Made by a program: the position numbers and the translations under genes. 64,000 nt of DNA from Selaginella moellendorffii (lineage: Eukaryota > Plantae > Lycopodiophyta), in NCBI RefSeq assembly GCF_000143415.4, contig NW_003314369.1, positions 434,001 to 498,000 of the forward strand, read 5' to 3'. Below are positions 35,497 through 46,429 of this stretch, one piece after another. The notes below the pieces were generated by a model. That model ran no database searches, was not told where the DNA came from, and saw nothing but the letters and a program-made list of their open reading frames with translations. The stretch's first letter is position 1; each line of letters opens with the position of its first letter.

Positions 35497-37032
35497 CTAG
35501 CTAGAACTATTACGGCTTATAGCAACAGCTCTCTCTCCTTCGAACAATTTCTTGTGGACTCTAGCAAACACAGATGGCTGCGGACCGCAACTGTTGTCAG
35601 TCGTCTTGAAGTTGTCAAAATCCAAGCCGACTTTAGCAGCAGCAAGCCGCAGCTCGGGGAAAATGGACTTGGGGAGGCTTGAACTCCGTGTGTAGACGAC
35701 AGCTCCACCATAGCCGTCCCATGCATCGTTGGACCCATTGTAGTACACGAACATGTAGTCGTCAGGTTGCTTGTTGAGCCGGGCAGAGACGATGAACCTA
35801 CGGAAGAGCCACCAATCAATCCGTCAATTGCTCATTCAGAATTCGCAGCTATGCTGTCAATCGCGCACCGGACCTATGCACAAGGAAGCTTTGGAAGATT
35901 GCGAAACACTCACCAATCGTCTTTGTAATTGAGGTACTCGTTATCATGATTGGAGAGGACACCCGGGCGTTTGGGATTACTTTGCACGAAATTTTGTATT
36001 GCGTTGCGTGTGATGAAGCCGCCGTCGGGGGTGGTCACCCTCCACGTCAGTTTTCCGGTGAGCTTGTGGGGACTGGCCGAGAACTCATGAACTTGGCAAT
36101 CGTAGAGATCGAACAGGGGGTTGAGACCGCTGGTAATATACCATGTGCCTGTGAAGTCTTGGGTGTTGAACTTTTCCACCAGAGCGCAGTCTGGAGGTTT
36201 AGGGTAGGAGCCGTCGTTGGCACTTTGAGGGATGCACTTTTTTTTGCTCAGGAGGCATGTGTTGAATTCCTCTACGACCTTGTTCTGGAAAATGTCTCCG
36301 CATCTGACCTATATTCCGATACAAAACGAGAGAACAGAAACATAGTGAGAAACTTGATCCCAGGAAGCCTGTATAAAATTAAATAATACTTGGCAATTCA
36401 AGTCTCCTGGACTGCAAGTTTCCAGACAAACTAAATTGGCAGCGCATGAAGGATCTCCCACGCATCGAACCAGCTCGGATCTGAAGAACATGCACAACTA
36501 TGAGATCAGGTGGATTCAAAATAAACAATGAAACCCAACAAATGAGAAGTGGAACACAACAGCACCTGCATCCACTCAGAAGACATTTCCATGTTTTTTG
36601 AGCAGTCTCGATGTCCAGAGCTCCAGCACGGTTTGCTGGGTGCAAGAGCAAAAACGTCCCCAGGAGCAAGCCCCATGCATTGACTTTGAATCCCGGTCCG
36701 GTACTTGTCGCTGTTACATTCTTCACACTTCGGACAAGGGGGGGCGGAACCGTGGTACTGGCAACCATCTGCTCGTTCTTCTTCCCACATAGCAGCTTAC
36801 TACTCTTCACACTTCGGACAAGCGGGGCCGGAGCCGTGGTACTGGCAACCATCTGCTCGTTCTTCTTCCCGCATAGCAGCTTACTACTCTTCACATTCGG
36901 CCCAATACTTGTTGTTGCTACTCTTCGAACAAGCCAGTGCGGAGCCGTTGTAGTGGCAAACATCTGCTCCTTCTTCTCCACCTTCCAGCCGCAGCTACTC
37001 AAGTTGTAAGCGACCGCCTTGCAGTGATACAT
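35497..37032 (-). CDS. VDE: Violaxanthin de-epoxidase-like lipocalin, about 417 aa, 4 exons (37032-36566, 36480-36390, 36308-35914, 35797-35497), lacking the Glu-rich tail
   Basis: Cys-rich domain CLL.GCR.EL..C..DPSCAAN..CL.TC....CQVRCGD.F.N.VV.EFN.C..SKKKC. Lipocalin motifs [50 protein letters not shown] and TDNSCGP. An alternative in-frame ATG lies at 37257. Confidence 0.92.
36690..36990 (-). repeat. Coding tandem repeat, 84-nt (28-aa) period, in the VDE presequence
   Basis: Unit starts at 36722, 36806 and 36890. Two near-identical [26 protein letters not shown] units plus a diverged third. Confidence 0.92.
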
Positions 37033-37393
37033 TTCAGGAAGCCTCCGCACAGGACCGACCCGAGATGGACGTGCGCGGGGTGCTCTTCCTTCCTCCTTCC
37101 ACAGGGGTACAAAGTCCGTGTACGCAGCTGGTTTGGTCCGAGCGGCGTACAAGCCTTGCTGTGTACGTTTCTCGGACAAAGTCTTTTTCTCGATATGACA
37201 TTTGGGTCCTGTGGGCCATTTTAAAAGCCTGGGACATTCCACCCGCCAAGATTCCATGTGATTCAAAAAACGCACGTTTTCTAAAGGTACGATAGTTTGA
37301 AGACCTGGTGCCAGCTTTATAGGGCCGATTTGCAGTCGCTTTTTTTTAATAAATAATAATAGTAAAAAATCTTTTTCGTGGTGCTACAATCTA

Positions 37394-38510
37394 TTATTTT
37401 TTAAGTTGACGACGTGACACCAGCTTCTCCAGCTCCACTTCTCCACCCACCGCTTCCAGTTCCTATCAGGGCAACGAATCCGTCAAAATTTTCGTTTCCA
37501 TCTCTCTCACCTTTAGCCCCAGGAACAAACCGTACGGAACGCCATCAAACAGATTGGCATGGTGAATCTGAGGTTTGATGCTGAATCTAGAGCTGAATGA
37601 TTTATGGACAAACCTGGTGAGCAGCAGCTACCTTCTGGAAGTATGGTACATCGGCCAGTGGGCCAACTGGAAACCTTTGGTGCACCAGGCCGTCGTGAAC
37701 AAACATGTAGGCCATCCCGAAGATGGTGATGCCCAGGCCCTGGAATGCAATATTTTCAAAGCTACAAGAAATACTTCTATTACTTACTGCTCCAAAGCAC
37801 AGACCAGGAAGGAGTCCTTCGTGGGAGAATCCGTAAGACATGAGAGCTATAGCAGGGACTGCGTTCACAATGGCAAAAACGTCGTTGAGCTCGAATGGAC
37901 CTTGGCGAGGAACATGATGAGACTGTTGTAGAGAGACTTGTGGCAATTAACTGTCGGAAAATTTGTGTGTGCGTTACCTTGTGCATGCTCCACAAGCAAG
38001 AGTGCCATAGCGCTTTGTGTGCCCATCTAGCCCAAAACTCCATGCCCACCTGAGATTCGAGAAACAGAATAAAATCAATCTTGAACAGCAGCTTTGAACA
38101 TACTCACAGCTGCGCCTAATGCCAAAGACACGGTACCAAGGATTTCCAGAGCAGGCAATTCACTGCTGCCTTTCTGAACATAGTTAAAGATTTCTCTTTT
38201 GTGATCAAGCCTATGTGTGTCAAAGTTCACATACCTCCTGCATTTGCCACACGAATCTGTAACACGCAGCTCCAATGCTGAGACCGCCGATCAATGTGCT
38301 TGAGGCAACAGCAGCGAACAAATATGTTGTGCGCGCTGCTTTCTTCTTCTTTGTTGCATCTTGCTTCTTGCAAGTACGAGATTGCCCATCCTCCGACATT
38401 GACGCACCCAATACAATCGCTTTCAACTTCGGCCTTCTCAGAGATTTGTGCAATGGCGGCAGAGAAAGGAGCCCGCGAAGATTGAACGACGAACAAGGCA
38501 CTAGCGCCAT
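37394..38510 (-). CDS. BCH: Non-heme di-iron beta-carotene hydroxylase, 266 aa, 7 exons (38510-38235, 38173-38108, 38049-37978, 37922-37788, 37739-37614, 37567-37511, 37462-37394)
   Basis: GMEFWARWAHKALWH, HKSHH.PR.GPFELNDVFA, FVHDGLVH.RFPVGP and HQIHH....GVPYGLFLG: all four His boxes intact. Continuous 801-nt spliced frame. Confidence 0.95.
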
Positions 38511-41500
38511 CGAAGCTGCCAATTCAGATAAACCTAGCGTTCCGTACAAGACTAGAGAACAGTATCCTGGACTCAACTCGTGAGTTGCGAATCTCAGGAA
38601 CTGTAGCAGCAATTTGAAAAAAAAAAGGAATGAGAATTTACCTCTGAGTTAGAGATGTGTACATGGTCCAATATAGACAAATGCAAATTGAACAAGCAGA
38701 AAGCAAAAAGAGGTTGGACTTCACATGGCCAAAGAGGTGCAGCAGAGGAAGGAGCTTCTTAACAACTCACAATACACTTGCATTTTTGCATTCATCAATT
38801 TCATGCTTCAAAATAGCACATAGACAGACAGACAGACGGGTTTTGGAAAATATGTAGAAAAATTGCTGGAGCTTGATGCCGTCCAAAGCTTTGTGACCTC
38901 ATGAAATGACGATTAGTGGAGCTTGGAAGTGTCCATTCATCGCTCCATCACTTTTTTAGCTGTGGTTTGTAGTAGCGCTGGTTGAGGGGTGGTCTGAACT
39001 CTCTGCAGCTTGGCAATGTTGTCCACCGCCACCTGGGACAGCTATATCGATCTCCCAGGTGCTCGTGGGAGAATTATCGATAGCCTTGTGATGAGCTCCT
39101 GAGGTGGAGTGACATAGCTGTCCGATGGCGGTGTCATGTAGTTTAAGCTGGCTGTGCAAGGCCTAGTGGCGCTGGTAGTGCAGTAGCACTGGAGATCGAT
39201 ATATCGATACTCATGCTCTTTCTTTTTCAGACTACCAGGATACTTCCAGATTAAAATGAGAATCCAGGATTGATTGGACGACACGCTTATATGAATCTCC
39301 CCTCGAACTTTTTCTGGAGCACTTCGAAAGGTGGTGGTGTTGTATCCTCGTTGAATTCTCTGCCATGGCCACTGATTCTTCCAGCTAGTGGTTCCACTGC
39401 CAGACACTCCAGCACTCGTTCACCTCTCCAGAAAACTAGCCACAGAAGAATTCTCCATCATGACCATCAACATCGAGAGCATCCATAGGAGGAAGTGCCC
39501 CACATCCAGCTGAAGTCCATTCCATTCTCTTCGTCCATTCTGACTAGGCTCGACACTCAAGCCTTAAGAACTGTAGATCAAGTTTCTAGTTTCTTAGTCA
39601 TGCAAAGAGAGCTTTGCCACTGGTGAGAGCGAGATATTCCTTGAATATCCCAAGATCCTTGTATAAAAACTCCCATAGAATATAAGGCAAACATTATACC
39701 CCTAACAAATGGTGAACTTGACATGACACATGCTCTTTGATTGGAGATTGCAAAGTTGTTCCACTATGGGCTTTGAGCTTTCCTCGCTCATCTCTGAGCG
39801 GAATTCCTTTGTTTTGGATGCTCTGGAAAGTTATGGTTTCCTCTTTCCAACAAGGTATGGCACTAGCTTAGATGTGGAGTGATCTTAGAGATATTTATGT
39901 TTTTCTGTTGTGGTGCACATTTATTATGTGTTTGGAGCATGCTTTCTAGCTGGAGAATTCCTCAGTTTTTGAGCGGAGATCTGAGCCAAGTAAATCACCT
40001 TTCATCACAATTGAGCCATGGATTGCCACATGCAACTAATTTCCTCTTGTACACACTTGGAGCTTCACTCACTTGGATCTTGGGATATGGTGCATGGTTT
40101 ATGGTAATATTTGGTTTGCTAGGAGCGTCTTCTATCACCGCACTGAATACTGTCTCCATCCATGTTCAATCTTGTGAGTTTTAAAGATTTCTATTTTGGA
40201 TTGGTTGTTTTACCTTGAGATGAGAGGCTGGTTTGTCACGGTTTCTTAAAAATTTTGTGTGAATTTTCATGTTTAGGGTTTGGTCTATATATATTTCTTT
40301 TTTATTTTTTTTATGTTTCTTTCTTGTTTTAATTTGGCTTATATGAGAACATTTTTTTTCATTTTCTTTTGTCATTTTCTAGTGAGTATGAGCATGTTTG
40401 AGTCCTTGAGTGGTTCTGAGTGATTCATATTTCTTTTTCTGGATCCTGACTTTTACCCTGAAGTGGCATTTACAGGACACACAACTTGATGCCCATTCAG
40501 ACTCTGGCTTAGAGCTCTACTCAACCAGGAGTGTTTTCTCCATAACGTATTCTTTTTAAGAAGTATTCACAACTCACAAAGGAGCTTGAATTTCCTCTTG
40601 GCCCAGATATTGGCAAGGCTTCCTCCCCTGTGACGCATCCCATTGACAGGCCTTTATTGCTATTTGACAAACTTTTCAAGATGGAGCCTCTTGCTATCCA
40701 TATCCTCTAGCACTCCATGGAGATGCCATGGTTCACTTCTAGACAAGGTGTTGATGCTGAAGAACATGTTCAGCACTTCGCTATGTATATTACACATAAT
40801 CATATCAATGATGAGGATCTTGTTCACGAGCATTTATTACTTTCTCTTTGTGGGTGAGTGAGTGGGCAACTTCTCTCCTTCCTGCAGAATGGCCAGACCT
40901 TAAGACAATGAACAGAAAGTTCTGCAAGAAGTTGCAATGAGAGGACTGACTAACAATTTTACTCGGAGCTTTTCTCTTTTCAGCAACGACACAATGAGAG
41001 TGTGGTAGATTATGTCATCTTCTTCAAACATCACTGGAAGGCATGCCTTACTCAGAACCTCATAGAGGACAAGAAGCCAGTCATCTCTGCTTTCATCCAA
41101 AGTCTCAAGCCAATGATCCAGCACAAAGTTGCAAAGCAACGACACACAACATGCACTAATGCCTTTGATCATGCCGAGGAGTTAGAGCGTGAATACCTCC
41201 AGGACTTGGTCGTCCCAGTCAGCACTAAGGATGATCCTCCACGAGCCAAAACTTGTGTCACAGCTTGTAGTGTGCCAGCTGTTTCAGTTGAGGAGAAACT
41301 CCCACCCACGATCATGAAGGCACTTGACAAGCTCGTGACTTACAAGCAACTGATCCAGCAGCAACAACAGCAACAAGACAAGTTGATAGAGGAATTGAGG
41401 TCCCTCAAGCTCCAGTCTTAGGCCACACAAGAGAGCAAGCCTTGTGGGCGATGGTGGTGTATGCATTGCCAAATTTCGATAGATAGCACTGATTGTTGCT

Positions 41501-42431
41501 GGACATTGCATCTGGAGCAGCAATCACTGAGGACACAGCATGTCCGGAAACAACCTCTTGCTGACAATAGCTCACTTTGAAACACCTCAGGACCAGTTCC
41601 AAAGTTTCCTTTCTCATTGAGCACTTGAGGCATTCGTCAAGAGAAAGTTATCTTGACAATCTGGATTGCTGAAGGAATATTCCTGGATTCTCACAGCTAC
41701 TTGAGGCATTTACCAAGCATCAGACCAGCCCTTCAACTCCTGTACAAGGTCTCCCACAGTCAGTTCAGATTGTGGACTTGGAATCTTCCCCAGATCCTGG
41801 GGCATTCGTCACGAATGTTACGATTGGAGGATGTGATGCCGGAACCTTCTCGACTCTAGTTCTTTGAAAAATGTGATTTCTTCTCACCTGGTGGAGGCTC
41901 TTCAACTTTATCGTTCAGAAAAAGCGACCATGCTACTCAAAACCTTTGTGAACCATACAGTGGTGCCCATGGGAGTTTGTCGAGACATCTTGATCCAAAC
42001 TGATGGCATTTCAGCGGGTGCAGACTTCATTGTGGTCAACTTCTAGATGTGGCGTGACAAAGATTAGCAACAAGACAAATGAGGCAAATCTTTCCAACTC
42101 TTCTGGATACATATAACAACAGAAGCACGTGTCTACAGTTGCATCCAGTCCACAAGCTGAGGCCAATCAAGCACTTGAGGAGATCTCTCCAGAGATCATT
42201 CGAGACTCCACTTTTCTGGTCGTCCATTTCCTTTAATGCAACATGATCATGCATGTCATGGGACTCTTGTCAATCCTTGATGATAGACAACTTGATTCTA
42301 CCCCAGGGATCTCAAGGCAATGCCACTTTGATGCCTTGGATCTCATCACGAAGCAGCTGGACGCCACACTACAATCAACACCTCACAACCTTCTGCCTTG
42401 GGACTCAGAGCCTGACTTGGCAGCTGGCCTC

Positions 42432-43218
42432 TGTTAGAGGTAGAGATGATGTGGCAGTAGTTATGCTCAATCATATACAGTTATATATATACAGTTCTTC
42501 CTCCTCGTGTGCGCGCCTCTCCACTTCCGCTTCCACTGCTAACATGGTATCGGAGCCTTGGGCTCCTTGATCCTGAGAATGGCGCTTGCTGGCCAGGAGG
42601 CTAGTGATGAGGAGGAGGATGAGCCTCCCGATAGCAATCCCTCTGGCAATGTTTGGGACGCTTGAGACGTTGCACCAAGGCACCAGGCTGTGTACAGGTG
42701 CTGAGCAACAAGCAGCAGCAAGCAGAGAACAAAGCCAGTGGGAGATTGAGAGATTTCAACAAGCCACATCAAGAATTGGGTCAAGATTCAAGAACATTGC
42801 ATAGCAATTCTTTGCAGGAATTTCCAGCAATTGGGAAGGATGCTTATGGAGATTCAAGTGCCTAGTCGCAGAGAAGTGGGAGCCTGGCAGTTCACGGCCA
42901 AGACCACATGCTAGAGGCAAGATTGAAGCCATAGCAAGAAGCAAAGAGTGTGCAAGCAAGTCCAAGACCAAGAACCAAGTTTTAGGTAGTTGATTGATGA
43001 GTTTTTCATATGCTTTTCTCATCAGCTCTCCATGCTCATCATCTAGCTAGACACGATTCAGGCTTAGATTCAGACTTGGATTAGCCGCCTGATCGTGAGT
43101 GGGAGTGTTAGAGGTAGAGATGATGTGGCAGTAGTTATGCTCAATCATATACAGTTATATATATACAGTTCTTCCTCCTCGTGTGCGCGCCTCTCCACTT
43201 CCGCTTCCACTGCTAACA
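42432..43218 (+). mobile_element. TRIM-type non-autonomous LTR retrotransposon, 787 bp, intact
   Basis: Identical 113-bp LTRs (42432-42544, 43106-43218; TGTTAG...CTAACA). PBS TGGTATCGGAGC at 42545. PPT GAGTGGGAG before the 3' LTR. Perfect TSD GCCTC (42427-42431, 43219-43223). Confidence 0.97.
42545..42556 (+). other. Primer-binding site (initiator tRNA-Met type) of the TRIM
   Basis: TGGTATCGGAGC versus canonical TGGTATCAGAGC, directly after the 5' LTR. Confidence 0.9.
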
Positions 43219-44398
43219 GCCTCCACAGCTCCATACAGTGAAGATCTTCCAACCTTCATGTACCAGATTCTTATGACCCAGCTCACGAACAGTGAACACA
43301 CTGCTGGAGAGTCACCTCCCATCATAGCCACGACCTCTCCTTCATTTGTCCAACATGATGATGACGATATCATCAGTCCAGCGCCACTCTTTCCTGAGGA
43401 CACTCCAACTCACATAGCTTTCTTTGATGGTGCATTTTTTCTGAGAGCCATCCTCATGATCAAGAAAAGACATATTTCCACACACCATGGGTGTCTTCGC
43501 ATACAAAGTACTTCCATTTGGTTTGTGTAATGCAGGAGCTACTTTTCAGAGATTTGTCACGTATGCTTTTCATGACCTCCTTGGCTCCTCTCTTCAAGTT
43601 TACATGGAAGATCTTTGCTCAGCATCTCACTCTTTTGGAGATCATCTAGTTGACCTTGAGTGAGTTTTCTAGCATTGCTGCTTATATTGATTTTCACTCA
43701 ACCCTGACAAGTGCAAGTTTGGAGTCCTCAACCAAGCTGGTTTCTTTTGACACTTTATATCAGAGTTTGCTGCAATCACCTGTCCTTTTCAGCATCTCCT
43801 CAAGAAGGAAACACTTTTCCAATGGACTGGAGATGGCCCTTGACGAAGACGATGCAATTGCTAAAAGGCATTATTACAATCGTTAGCATGTTTGAATGCA
43901 CGTTTAAAGATGTCTGGGAGAATATTTTAATCCCCATGAGTGGCTGCGCTCAAACCATTGTACCACTGTAGTGTCGTCCCTTGAAGACACATGAGAAACT
44001 TACGCAAACGTCAAGCATCATTCCAAGAATGATATGTGGCAATCACCGTGAAGTGATTAAATTAATGGTACACATCATCCCCAAAATTCCCACAAAAGAA
44101 CTCCGGCCGAACACAAGGATTGGCACTAAGAGTAGGAGGAATTGTACCATGTGTCATGAATGTCACTATCAACTGAGTTTGGTTGTTCAATTGCAATTGC
44201 ATATCATTAAACAATTGCACCAATTGCTGCTCTAGAGTTAAAGGAGAATCTAAACAATGGAAAACCTAAATCTAAACCAAAATTCTGAAAGGAAATGAAA
44301 AAAGTTAAATTTAGGCAATGCTAAAGCTAGATTTAAACAAAAATTCTAAATCCAAGCATTCCTCAGGGACAATGAAAAGTGCCTTTCATCTCTACCAA

Positions 44399-44567
44399 TG
44401 TAAGTGTATGGAATATGGAAAAAAAATATAGAAAATGTGTATATCAATTAGCCTAAAAACCCTAGTTTATATATAGGAGTGAGTGGTCTGAATTGAAACC
44501 AATCCGATAGCTACCAAAATCCCACTATGTTAATATTAGTATATGGCATTGTAACTATACACATTGG
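44399..44567 (-). mobile_element. Solo/truncated LTR of the same family as 24956-25131
   Basis: tgt.agtgt.tggaatatggaaa...gaaaatgtgtatatcaattagcctaaaaaccta...gagtggtctgaatt...aaaatccc...ggcat aligns with both gypsy LTRs. Lacks the terminal ccctcaca. Confidence 0.88.
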
Positions 44568-46033
44568 TAATTTATTCTAAATATTACTAAAATTATTAAT
44601 TTTGTTTAAAATACTTATTTAAAACTTTAATAGAATATTCTTTAGTGTAATAAAATATTCTAAGAATATTCTTGTTGACAAAATTACTCCATCACTTTTT
44701 AGTGCTGTGGGGAGTAGATTTTGGATAAAGCTCTAGTCTGTAGTGGTGCTGATTGTGGTTTCTGGTCTTTGTAGGGAGAATTTTGTGTAGCTTGTTGCTG
44801 GCTGATGGGTTGTGGGGAGAAGTCTTGATGACCTTTTGATGAGCTCTTGCCTTCGAGTGACGTCTTTGTAGAAGCTGGCTGTTGGTCCAATGGCAAGTCA
44901 CATATGGCACAGGAAATTTCCAAGAGACTGTAGAATAAGAAGAAGAGAACAAAATGGTTGGTGCTTCCCCTTCATAGAGAACACTTTGTCAATGAGTAAG
45001 ATCCAACTTGTTCTATGCAAGATGACAACTTAACATATGAATGAGGCTTCATGGGTGGACGAAGGTGTAAAGCCTCCAGATTCATTGAGGCAGCAATCAT
45101 TTGGACACTTTGTTTGCAAGTGTGTGATCTTGAAGGCTGTAAAAGATTGAAGACACCACTCAGAAGCTGGAGAAGAAAGTGTTTTTAAAATTGGTCTAAA
45201 AGCTGGATATCCATTGGTGCTTAAGATATTGTGTTGTCAAGTGCAAACTAAGACAACTTTGTCTTTGATTGAGCAAGTTTAAGAGGCTGTAAGGGGTTCT
45301 GGAGGAGGCTTGAGATGCCACTAAAGCAAACTGGTTCTCCATGCAAGACAATTGCAAGATGATGCAAAGGCTTGAGGTGGAAGTGCATAGCATTGCAAGA
45401 AAACTTTGAGTTTGGCTGTGTGTTGGAAGGTGGAGAGCTCTTATTTACTATGAAGGAATGACTCTGAAGTGCTGAACTCGGCTTGAATCACTCTTGGTGA
45501 TCTAATGAAGTGTTGGTGACTTTGAAAGATGCTGCGATCACTTGAAGTAACAACCAGAGCTGCATTTCTAATGGTTGGCATGATGAGGTGGCTAAACTGA
45601 TCATGCTAGTGCTGAAGGACAACCAACAGAAACTGAAAATGCTCTCTGTGCATGGAATCATCATCACTTGAAGTTGCCTGGACCACTCCTGTAACATTAA
45701 GAGTGTTGTGATCCATGTCCTCAATGTGGCAGCAAGCTCCTCCAAAAGTTGATCTGTAGTTGCTGAAAGTAATGCAAACTTGCATAAATCTTGGTCCTTA
45801 AATAATTATTGCTTTCTGCAAAGTGCTATGTGAGTCTTCAGCCTCTGAATGCTGAAAAGGTTTTTTTTTCATGAAGGAAGAGCCTACAACAATGCTGTCC
45901 AGCATCAGATCCTCAAGAATGTTGATTAATGATTCTGATTGAGTGTGTGGACACTTTAAATCTCCAATAGTTTAAAGCCAATTAAAGAGCACTCCATCCT
46001 CATCATGCTAAATACTCTTATCCAAGTGAATCA

Positions 46034-46154
46034 CCATGAATGAAATGATATCATTCTGAGGTGATGAACTTCTATTGGCTCCACTATTACTTCTGCAATC
46101 GCCATGAATGAAATGATATCATTCTTGAGGTGAACTTCTATTGGCTCCACTATT
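46034..46154. repeat. Direct repeat of about 54 bp (46034-46088, 46102-46154)
   Basis: ccatgaatgaaatgatatcattct..gaggtga..acttctattggctccactatt occurs twice. Confidence 0.9.
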
Positions 46155-46429
46155 TAGAGCTTTTGTTGAACATTTTGAAAGAAAGGTGGTTTGTTGGGAA
46201 GGCATGGGAATTGATTTAACATCTATGGAGCTAGCTAGAGAACCTGTCTTTCCAATATCTAGAATGATGTTAAGATAGATACCAAGAAAGAGTAAAATTT
46301 AGAAATTTGAAAAAGTTGATTTTGCTTTTATATCAACAATTAGCATAACAGCTATAATTCATTTTTATAATAAATAAAAAATGTATTCTGGATAATTATG
46401 TTTATGTAAAACAATTAAGAGGAGTGACA

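Larger units (their letters stand above)
40900..43950 (+). mobile_element. Old, heavily degraded gypsy-like retrotransposon, interrupted by the TRIM
   Basis: Gag-like DYVIFFKHHW...AFIQSLKP..AFDHAEELE, WCMHC knuckle remnant, protease-like NVISSHLVEAL...PMGVCRDILIQ...ADFIVV, and RNase H-like AFFDGA at ~43420. No LTRs resolved; boundaries are approximate. Confidence 0.65.

Noticed and set aside
44600-46000. Possible LINE ORF1 remnant on the minus strand
   Set aside because: Only a weak knuckle-like trace; no endonuclease or RT motifs recognised.
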